From positions 16,861-80,860 of the forward strand of contig CAYOSP010000001.1 in assembly GCA_964406675.1 (NCBI GenBank): 64,000 nt of DNA, given 5' to 3'. This document shows, one piece after another, positions 31,795-39,207 of the stretch. Position numbers and translations under genes: made by a program. The notes under the pieces were generated by a model. That model was not told where the DNA came from and did not search any database. It was given only the letters and a program-made list of their open reading frames with translations. The number at the start of each line of letters is the position of its first letter. Position 1 is the first letter of the stretch. This DNA is from an uncultured Eubacteriales bacterium. GTDB lineage: Bacteria; Actinomycetota; Coriobacteriia; Anaerosomatales; JAUVQN01.

Positions 31795-32909
31795 ACGACG
31801 CCGAACAGATCGAGCTGGTGCGCCGGCCGCTTCCCGTCGAGGAGCACGAACGGCGCGGCGCGGTCGGCGAGGATGCCGAGGGCTCGGAGTTGGTCGGTCC
31901 CGCGCAGCGTGCACCCGCGGCGGGCGGCCTCCAGGCGTCGCGCGCCCGTCGGTCCGATGCCCGGGACGCGCAGGAGGAGGGAGCGCTCCGCCGTGTTCAG
32001 TTCGGCCGGCTCTTCGGCGAGGACGCTCCGGGCCCACGCGAGCTTGGGATCGGCGTCCAGCGGCAGACGGCCGACCGCGTCGTAGGGCAGTTCCTCGGCG
32101 GTGAAACCGTAGTCGCGCAGGAGGAAGTCGGACTGGTAGAGGCGGTGTTCGCGCACCGGTGACTCGGCGGGATGCCGTGCGAGCGGCGTGTCGCGCACCG
32201 GGGTGAACGCCTTGAAGTACGTGCGGGCGAGGCCCGCCTCGCGCCTGAGGCGCTCGGTGGTCAGGAGCAGGTCCCGGTCGCTCTCACCTCCCGGTCCCAC
32301 GACGAACTGCGTGGTCTGGCTCGGGCCCCCGCGCGAGGGGTCGCTCCAGGCTCCCGGGGGACCTCCGCGCTCCCCGCGCAGGCGGTGCACGCGCCGGAGC
32401 GGCCGCACCAGTTCGTCGAAGAGCCGCTTGTGGGGCGCCAGCCTCGCGAGCGCGGACTCGGTGGGAGCCTCGAGGTTGACCGACACGCGATCCGCCAGCG
32501 AGACGGCGCGATCGATCTGCTCGTCCCGCGCTCCCGGCATGATCTTCAGGTGCACGTACCCTCGGAAGCCGTACCGGCTCCGGACGAGTTCGACCGTGTC
32601 GTTGAGGCGCTGCTGCGTGCGCACGCCTCCCCCCACGAGAGCGGAACTCAAGAACAGACCGTCGACCTCACCCGCGGCGTGCATCCTGTCGAAGTGAGCG
32701 GCCATGCGATCCGGCGTGCTGGACGCGCGCCTGCCGTCGCGACCCACACGGCACGGGCAGTAGAGGCAATCCCGCTCACATCCGTCGGCGAGCAGGGTCT
32801 TCAGCAGGCGCTTACCGCCTCCGCCCGCCACGACGGGACGTACGACGTCCTCCTCGAGCGCCGCCGAGGCGCTCAGGCGTGTCAGCGTTCCCGGACCGCA
32901 GCCTGACAT
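31791..32909 (-). CDS. Putative DNA modification/repair radical SAM protein with a C-terminal helix-hairpin-helix (TIGR03916-like)
   Basis: Track ORF of 372 aa with GCERDCLYCPC (CxxxCxxC) and a C-terminal LLRVPGIGPTGARRLEAAR (HhH). Confidence 0.8.
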   Translation of the reverse strand: MSGCGPGTLTRLSASAALEEDVVRPVVAGGGGKRLLKTLLADGCERDCLYCPCRVGRDGRRASSTPDRMAAHFDRMHAAGEVDGLFLSSALVGGGVRTQQRLNDTVELVRSRYGFRGYVHLKIMPGARDEQIDRAVSLADRVSVNLEAPTESALARLAPHKRLFDELVRPLRRVHRLRGERGGPPGAWSDPSRGGPSQTTQFVVGPGGESDRDLLLTTERLRREAGLARTYFKAFTPVRDTPLARHPAESPVREHRLYQSDFLLRDYGFTAEELPYDAVGRLPLDADPKLAWARSVLAEEPAELNTAERSLLLRVPGIGPTGARRLEAARRGCTLRGTDQLRALGILADRAAPFVLLDGKRPAHQLDLFGVV

Positions 32910-32967
32910 GCCGCATCACGTCCCTGCGAAGGGTCGGCGAGTAGGATGTCGTGCGTGTCCAGTATAG

Positions 32968-32981
32968 CGAACGTGTGTTCG
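32968..32981. promoter_or_regulatory. Candidate LexA SOS box (CGAAC-N4-GTTCG) abutting a TATACT -10 for the radical SAM repair gene
   Basis: The plus strand reads cgaacgtgtgttcg, a perfect inverted repeat matching the Gram-positive/actinobacterial SOS consensus. The minus-strand TATACT lies at 32966-32961. Confidence 0.6.
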
Positions 32982-33018
32982 GTAGCCGAGACGCCGCCGC
33001 TCCCCCTGTTCCCGGCCG

Positions 33019-34587
33019 TCAGTCGACGCGGATGAGCGAGTCCGTGGGCGCGTGGTCGTCGGTGAGCAGCGGCACGTCGGCCATCTCGATCACGCCGGTG
33101 TAGAGATCGTCGCGCATGCCGGCGAACCCCTCGATGCTCACGCTGCCCCCCACGCGGTCCGCGATGCGGTCGACCAACTCCCCGCGCGACACCTCCGCGT
33201 CGGTCGCGAGCACGATGATGTTGCGGTTCGTCAGCAGGTTCCCGTCGCCGCCGAGCCCGATGGGGAACACCCACAGACGGTCCCAGCTCTCCTGCGCGGT
33301 GCGGTACATGCTGCGGAACAGCTCGCTGCGCTCACCCTCCACCGAGGAGATCACGTTGTACGCCACGACCCCACCGGGGGCGAGGACCCCGTCGACCTCG
33401 TCGAAGAACTCCCGCGTCGTGAGGTGGAACGGCAGGCCGTCCGCGTAGTAGGCGTCGATCATGACGATGTCGTACGTCTCCTCGCACCGCTGGACGTAGC
33501 GGCGCGCGTCCTCGACGAACACGCGGACCCGCTCGTCCTCGGGCAGGCCGAAGTAGCGCTCGGCCACGTCGACCACCACCGGGTCGATCTCCACGGCGTC
33601 GATGCGCACGTCGGGGTAGTCGCGCCACATCCGCTTCACCACGGTCCCGCCACCCAGGCCCAGCACGAGCACGCGCTCGGGCTCCGGACGCACGGCGAGC
33701 GCGAGGTGCAGGTAGTCCGGGTAGCGGATCGCGCTCTCGTACTCGTCGTCGAGGTATATCGCCGACTGGTGACTGCGGTCGAACCGCAGGTGGCGCGCCT
33801 CGTCATCCTCGGTGACGGTCACGCGGTGGTACTGCGTGTCCGCGCGCATGAGGACCGTCTCCCCCAGCTCGTTCGTGACCGCCGATCCCGTCCCGGCGAG
33901 CGCCACCCCGCCGACCGCGACACCCGCGAGCACGAGGGCGAGGGCGACGCTCACCACGGCGCGCGCCGGCAACTCCCGGGGCGCGTATCGCTCCGCCTCC
34001 GGCGCGAGGAGCGCCGTCCGTGCGCTGAGTCCCAGCGCGAGCAGTGCGACGGCGCCGAGGAGGAAACCGGTCCACACGATGAGCGGACCGATGGAGAGCA
34101 GCGGGATGAGCCAGAACGCGGTGGCGATCGTGCCGACGATGCTCCCGGCCGTGGACACGGCGTACAACCCGCCGGCCGAACGCCCGATGTGCTCCATCCG
34201 GACGGCGGCCAGTCGCACGCCCAGCGGCGACACGGTGGCCATCAGCAGGGAGGGCACGAAGAAGACGAGCGCCGCGGCCACGAGCGAGCCCGCTCGCGGC
34301 CCGAGGTCGGCCGCCCACGGGACGACCACCGAAGCGACCGAGGGCGCGATCACGGTGGAGAGCGAGGCGCCGGCGATGACCACCGGGAGCACGCGGGACG
34401 CGCCCCAGCGATCCGCGGCGTGGCCTCCCAGCCAGTAGCCGAGGCTGAGCGCGACCATCACCGAGCTGATGACGCTGCCCCACACGTAGATGGAGTTGCC
34501 CATCGACGGGGCGAGCACGCGCGCGGCGACCATCTCGAGGCTCATGAGCGACGCGCCGCAGAGGAAGACGATGAGGCGCAGCATCAC
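33019..34587 (-). CDS. Fused polytopic membrane (MFS-like) domain and spermidine synthase-like methyltransferase-fold domain
   Basis: Track ORF of 522 aa. The N-terminal roughly 200 aa are hydrophobic. The C-terminal domain carries VLVLGLGGGT, DAVEIDPVV and DIVMIDAY. Confidence 0.85.
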   Translation of the reverse strand: MMLRLIVFLCGASLMSLEMVAARVLAPSMGNSIYVWGSVISSVMVALSLGYWLGGHAADRWGASRVLPVVIAGASLSTVIAPSVASVVVPWAADLGPRAGSLVAAALVFFVPSLLMATVSPLGVRLAAVRMEHIGRSAGGLYAVSTAGSIVGTIATAFWLIPLLSIGPLIVWTGFLLGAVALLALGLSARTALLAPEAERYAPRELPARAVVSVALALVLAGVAVGGVALAGTGSAVTNELGETVLMRADTQYHRVTVTEDDEARHLRFDRSHQSAIYLDDEYESAIRYPDYLHLALAVRPEPERVLVLGLGGGTVVKRMWRDYPDVRIDAVEIDPVVVDVAERYFGLPEDERVRVFVEDARRYVQRCEETYDIVMIDAYYADGLPFHLTTREFFDEVDGVLAPGGVVAYNVISSVEGERSELFRSMYRTAQESWDRLWVFPIGLGGDGNLLTNRNIIVLATDAEVSRGELVDRIADRVGGSVSIEGFAGMRDDLYTGVIEMADVPLLTDDHAPTDSLIRVD

Positions 34588-34632
34588 GTCAGCGGACCTC
34601 GGTGGGTGCGGAGCGACCGGTCCCTCGCGGGA

Positions 34633-34872
34633 TCACTCGTCGGGAAGGCAGGTGGGGCAAGGGACGTATCCCTCCGCTTCGGCCTCTTCCTTCGAATCGA
34701 ACCAGACGCGCCGTTCCTTGTCGATGTTCTCGGCCCAGAGGCAGTCCGGCTCGTGGTAGCTCCCGGACAGGCTGGATCCCACGTACTCACCCTTGGCACA
34801 GCCGGTCAGAGAACCGGCGGCCAGTCCGATGAGGAGCGTGGCGAACAGGCAGAATACGACGATCCTTCGCAT
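34633..34872 (-). CDS. Small lipoprotein with a YH-x3-C ... GY-x-PC-x2-C metal-binding-like motif
   Basis: Track ORF of 79 aa with the lipobox SLTGC, then YHEPDC...FDSKEEAEAEGYVPCPTC. Confidence 0.7.
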   Translation of the reverse strand: MRRIVVFCLFATLLIGLAAGSLTGCAKGEYVGSSLSGSYHEPDCLWAENIDKERRVWFDSKEEAEAEGYVPCPTCLPDE

Positions 34873-34955
34873 GTGGATGCTCCCGTGATCCCGGCAGTGG
34901 ACTCAGTGAGGTCTTTCGAGGGTCACTGCGAAAAGCCTGCCGGGACACCCACCGC

Positions 34956-36164
34956 TCAGCTCCGCAGCAGCGTGACGCGCAGCCTCCAGACGGCCAGGGC
35001 GTACATCAGCACGGCGAACGCGGTGAGTATCCCGAGCTCGAGCATGATGTCGCCCAGGCCGCCGCCGCGGACGATGAGCTCCTCGAACGCCTCGATCCCC
35101 CAGGCGTGCGGGGTGACGTGCGCCACCCGATACATCGTCGGGGCGAAGACCTTCATCACCGACAGCGGGAACATCGAGCCCCCGAGGGCGGCCAGACCGA
35201 GCCCGAGGAGCACCCCGACGCCTCCCGCCTGCTGGTCGTTGCGGAGCGTGGATCCCATCAGCATCCCGGCGCCCGCGGCGCCCGCCGAGAAGACCACGAG
35301 GATCGCGACCGCACCGATCGGGTCACCCCAGTCGACCCCGAACATGAGCGCCGAGCCCAGCATGATGAACGCGCCCTGCACCATCGCCACGGCGAACCGG
35401 CCCACCGCCTCGCCGAACAGGATGCTGGACACGCGGGTGGGCGTGGAGAGCATCCGGTCGGTCACGCCGAGCTGACGCGCCTGGATGAGCGCGGTCGAAC
35501 CGGTGAGCGACGTGAGGAAGACGAACAGGATCAGCTGCGAGTAGGCGCCCATATCGAACTGACCGATCGTCGCGAGCTCGAACGGCTCGCCCACCGCGGT
35601 GCGCTCGACCGTGGTCCCCTCCGACGCCTCGGCGATCTCCCGGGCCCGCTCCAGCGCGGTCTCGTGATCCAGGCCCGTCCGCTCGGCGGCGAATGCCGCC
35701 GCCCGAAGGAGCGCGCCCTGCTCGGTGATCGCCGCGTCGACCGTGTTGCGCACCGCCCTCGAGTCCTGGTTCGGCCCGGACACGAACTCGATGGAGACCT
35801 CGTCCCCGGCGAGCAGGCGCTCCTCGTAGTCCTCGGGCAGCACCACCCCTGCTTCCAGCCGCCCGCGCTCGACCGCGTGTACCAGCGCTTCGCGTTCTTC
35901 GAACCTCACGACCTCGATGCCGTCCGCCGCCGCCGGTTCGTCCGCGAGCTCCTCCGCGAGCCCGCCGTCCCCGGCGCCCTCCCCGGTGCCCTCCGCAGCA
36001 TCTTCCGCGGCGCCTACCACGCCGAGCCTCGGGTCGAAGTCCCCACCGAACGCGGCACCGAGCACGAGGATGAGCAGCATCGGGAAGAGGAACACGAAGA
36101 AGATGTTGCTCCGGTCCCTCAGGAGCCGGAGGACGGCGTTGGCCGCGATCCACACGGTCTTCAC
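34956..36164 (-). CDS. ABC-2 type transporter permease
   Basis: GTG 36164 overlaps the upstream TGA (GTGA). It has an N-terminal TM helix, a large extracytoplasmic loop and a C-terminal 5-TM ABC-2 core. Confidence 0.8.
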   Translation of the reverse strand: MKTVWIAANAVLRLLRDRSNIFFVFLFPMLLILVLGAAFGGDFDPRLGVVGAAEDAAEGTGEGAGDGGLAEELADEPAAADGIEVVRFEEREALVHAVERGRLEAGVVLPEDYEERLLAGDEVSIEFVSGPNQDSRAVRNTVDAAITEQGALLRAAAFAAERTGLDHETALERAREIAEASEGTTVERTAVGEPFELATIGQFDMGAYSQLILFVFLTSLTGSTALIQARQLGVTDRMLSTPTRVSSILFGEAVGRFAVAMVQGAFIMLGSALMFGVDWGDPIGAVAILVVFSAGAAGAGMLMGSTLRNDQQAGGVGVLLGLGLAALGGSMFPLSVMKVFAPTMYRVAHVTPHAWGIEAFEELIVRGGGLGDIMLELGILTAFAVLMYALAVWRLRVTLLRS

Positions 36165-37360
36165 GGGCGCACCGCCTTCTGCAGGAATCCCCACGCCGCG
36201 GCGCCGGTGACCAAGCCGAACAGCAGCAGCGCACCCACCGAGGGCAGCACCGCGCTCACCTCGCCGCCGGCGAGGTCACCCAGTCCCCTGAGGAACCAGG
36301 CGTGCGGCGTCGCGAGGCTGAGTGTCGCGAGCGCCCCGCCGATCTGCGAGATGGGGAAGAACGTCCCGCCGAGGAAGCCGAGCACGAGCGCCACGATGGC
36401 CTGGAAGTTGGCCGCCTGCTCCTGCGTCTTCGCCGCGGCCGACACCACGGCGAGGATGCCCATCGCCGCGAACACCATCGCGAGGATGAGGAGCGCCACG
36501 CCCACCGGATGCCCCCAGTCGGCGCCCAGCAAGAGCGAGGTTCCGACGGCGAGGACGCCCATGCTCGACACGCCGAGCATGAACGCGGTGGCCGCCTTGC
36601 CGCCGAGGATCGACCTCCTGGATATCGGCGCCGCGAGCAGGCGCGACATCGTTCCGAGGCGACGCTCCTCGAGCAGTCCGCTCACTCCGAACTGGATGCT
36701 GAAGAACACGAACAGCGCCGCCATCCCCGCGGCGAGATAGGTCGTGCCGTCGAGCTGCCGCGTCTCGGAGGTGACGTCCTCGACGGTGATCGGGTTCTCC
36801 GTCCGTGCCGCCTCCCGCGCGAGCATGGCGACCTCCTCGGCACCGGGTTCGTGCTCGGGGCCCAGCGTGGTCTTGACCGCCACGTCCACCGCGTCCAGTT
36901 CGGCGGCGAAGCCCTCCGCGAGCGAGTACGCGATCTGCCCCGCGAGACCGGAGCCCCTGGAGACGACGACCTCCAGCGAGCCGCCACCCCCGCCGAGCAC
37001 CTGCTGGGAGAAGCCCTCCGGGATCACGAAGGCCGCGTCGGCCTGGTCCTCGCCCTCCTGGCCCTGCATGCCCTCCTCCACGAGCGCCGTGGCGGCCTCG
37101 ACCGACTCGGCCTCCTCGACGGTGATACCGCTGTCGTCCCCCATGCCGCCGAGCGCTCCGACGAAGGACTCCGCGATGGGTCCTCCGTCGAGGTCCACGT
37201 ACAGGTAGCGCGCGGTGAACTCGGCGTCCTGGATCGGATTGAACACCAGGCTGAATATGGCCGCCAGGGCGAGCGGCGCGACGATCCCGTAGAGGAAGGC
37301 CGACTTGTCGCGGACACGCTGGCGGACGTCCTTCAGCGCGATGAGCAGTACGGTGCGCAC
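36161..37360 (-). CDS. ABC-2 type transporter permease
   Basis: GTG 37360 follows AGGAG. It has the same architecture as the neighbouring permease. Confidence 0.8.
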   Translation of the reverse strand: MRTVLLIALKDVRQRVRDKSAFLYGIVAPLALAAIFSLVFNPIQDAEFTARYLYVDLDGGPIAESFVGALGGMGDDSGITVEEAESVEAATALVEEGMQGQEGEDQADAAFVIPEGFSQQVLGGGGGSLEVVVSRGSGLAGQIAYSLAEGFAAELDAVDVAVKTTLGPEHEPGAEEVAMLAREAARTENPITVEDVTSETRQLDGTTYLAAGMAALFVFFSIQFGVSGLLEERRLGTMSRLLAAPISRRSILGGKAATAFMLGVSSMGVLAVGTSLLLGADWGHPVGVALLILAMVFAAMGILAVVSAAAKTQEQAANFQAIVALVLGFLGGTFFPISQIGGALATLSLATPHAWFLRGLGDLAGGEVSAVLPSVGALLLFGLVTGAAAWGFLQKAVRP

Positions 37361-37368
37361 GTCGCTCC

Positions 37369-38334
37369 TCAGTCCCGCAGCGCTTTGCCGGTCAGGTGGA
37401 GGAAGACCGCCTCGAGGTCCGGCTCGTCCACGTCCACGCTGCTGACCGCCACCCCCAGGTCCGTGACGACGCCGAGTATCTCGGTCAGCTGCTCGGCCGC
37501 GTCGTCCACCAGGACCTCGATGCCCTGCTCGCCCACGGCCGCCTCGCGGACCCGGTCGATCCCCCGGACCGCCTCGGCCGCCGCCTGCAGGTCCCCGCTC
37601 GCGGTGAGGTGCACACGGTCGTGCCGGCCCACCATGCCCACCAGTTCGCGGCGCGTCCCTTCCGCCACCAGCGAGCCCTCGTCGATGATGCCCACACGGT
37701 CGCAGAGGCGCTCGGCCTCTTCCATGTAGTGCGTCGTGTACAGGACCGCCATGCCCTCCACGCTCAAGTGCTCGACGCTCTCCAGGATGGCGTTGCGGCT
37801 CTGCGGGTCCACGCCCACGGTCGGCTCGTCCAGGACGAGCAGGCGCGGCCGGTGGAGTAGGCCGATGCCGATGTTCAGCCGGCGCTTCATGCCGCCGGAG
37901 TACTCCTCGGTACGGTCGTCCGCGCGCTCGTCGAGGCCGATGATCCCGAGCACCTCCGCGATGCGGTCGTCGAGATCGCCCGAGCCGATCCCGTAGAGAC
38001 GCCCGAAGAACCTCAGGTTCTCGCGCGCGGTGAGATCCGGGTAGATCGCGATCTCCTGCGGGACGTAGCCGACGTGGCGCTTCGCCGCCACGCTGCGCGT
38101 GGTGAGCTCCTCGCCGTCCACGTACACCTCGCCGGCGTCGCGCTCGAGCAGACCGCAGATCATCGAGATGCTCGTGGTCTTGCCGGCCCCGTTGGGCCCC
38201 AGCAGGCCGTACGTCTCGCCCTCGCCGATACGGAATCCGACGTCGTCGACGGCCTGCACGTCGCCGAAGCGCTTCGACAGGCCCCGGCAGCCGAGGACGT
38301 ACCTCTCGCCGTCGTCCTCGGCGCGGTCCCGCAT
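37369..38334 (-). CDS. ABC transporter ATP-binding protein (DrrA/ABC-2 type)
   Basis: Walker A is GPNGAGKTT, the signature is YSGGMKRRL and Walker B is LLVLDEPT. I chose ATG 38334 as the start; upstream GTG alternatives exist. Confidence 0.88.
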   Translation of the reverse strand: MRDRAEDDGERYVLGCRGLSKRFGDVQAVDDVGFRIGEGETYGLLGPNGAGKTTSISMICGLLERDAGEVYVDGEELTTRSVAAKRHVGYVPQEIAIYPDLTARENLRFFGRLYGIGSGDLDDRIAEVLGIIGLDERADDRTEEYSGGMKRRLNIGIGLLHRPRLLVLDEPTVGVDPQSRNAILESVEHLSVEGMAVLYTTHYMEEAERLCDRVGIIDEGSLVAEGTRRELVGMVGRHDRVHLTASGDLQAAAEAVRGIDRVREAAVGEQGIEVLVDDAAEQLTEILGVVTDLGVAVSSVDVDEPDLEAVFLHLTGKALRD

Positions 38335-38473
38335 GCCGTCCGCCCCACTGTCCGCCGTGTTTCCTCCCACGCCGCCTCGCACCCTCTCTCGCACGCCGTC
38401 CCCTGAATCGACCGGACACCCAACGGGAAGATTACAGGTTGTGGGAACGGCGGCAAGTGGAAGGAGTCGGGAC

Positions 38474-39190
38474 ATGGCGGACAAGGAAGTGGGATGCGGG
38501 AAGCCGACCGGTAAGGCCGTGGGCGAGCAGGAGGCGGGCGGCTCGAAGACGCCGGCCACGGCCTCCGAGAGCGCGGCGGCGCCCGCACCGGTCACCCGGA
38601 TCATGGTGGGGAAGAAGGCGCCGGACTTCGAGGCCCCCAGCTTCCGGAACGGCGAGTTCGGGAGCGTCCAGCTGTCGGATCTCCTCGGGCGCTGGGTCAT
38701 GCTGTGCTTCTATCCCGGCGATCTCACCTTCGTTTGACCGACCGAGCTGTCGGCGGTCGCCGCAAGGTACAGCGAGCTGGAGGAGCTCGGCGTCGAGGTG
38801 ATCTCGATGAGCGTGGACAGCAAGTTCGTCCACAAGATCTGGAACGAGACCGAGCTGTCCAAGATGGTCGACGGGGGCATCCCCTACCACATGGCGTCGG
38901 ACGGCGCGGGTCACATCGGACGCGCGTACGGCGTGTACGACGGAGATGCGGGGGTGAACGTGAGGGGCCGCTTCCTCATCGACCCGGACGGCGTGATCCA
39001 GGCGATGGAGGTCCTCTCACCGCCGGTGGGACGCAACGTCGACGAGACGGTGCGCCAGGTCCAGGCGTTCCAGAAGGTGCGCGACTCCGGTGGGGCCGAG
39101 GCGACACCCTCGGGCTGGCAGCCGGGGGACGAGACACTCAAGCCCGGTCCCGATCTGGTCGGGCGGGTCTGGGAGCACTGGAAGCCTTAG
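38474..39190 (+). CDS. AhpC/Prx-family peroxiredoxin with in-frame TGA (38735-38737) at the peroxidatic Cys position; putative selenocysteine peroxiredoxin
   Basis: Track ORFs 38099..38737 and 38798..39190 are in the same frame. Read through, the sequence is CFYPGDLTFV-[TGA]-PTELSAVAARYSELEELGVEVISMSVDSKFVHKIW, which is colinear with the E. coli AhpC motif [14 protein letters not shown]. ATG 38474 follows GGAAGGAG. Confidence 0.8.
38736..38790 (+). promoter_or_regulatory. Candidate bacterial SECIS region downstream of the UGA
   Basis: A hand-folded hairpin spans 38748-38764 (UG-[U bulge]-CGGC / GGUC loop / GCCG-CA). Counting from the U of UGA, the GGUC loop occupies nt 21-24. Alternative hairpins lie at 38736-38758 and 38773-38789. 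Confidence 0.5.
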
Positions 39191-39207
39191 CTCGAACCGG
39201 CGCGGGG

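Noticed and set aside
38735-38737. The TGA in the peroxiredoxin as a simple nonsense mutation (pseudogene) or sequencing error
   Set aside because: This is not fully excluded, because TGC or TGT to TGA is a single substitution. I consider it less likely for three reasons. The stop falls exactly on the catalytic Cys codon. The downstream 150 codons remain intact and conserved. A SECIS-like GGUC hairpin follows at the expected distance.
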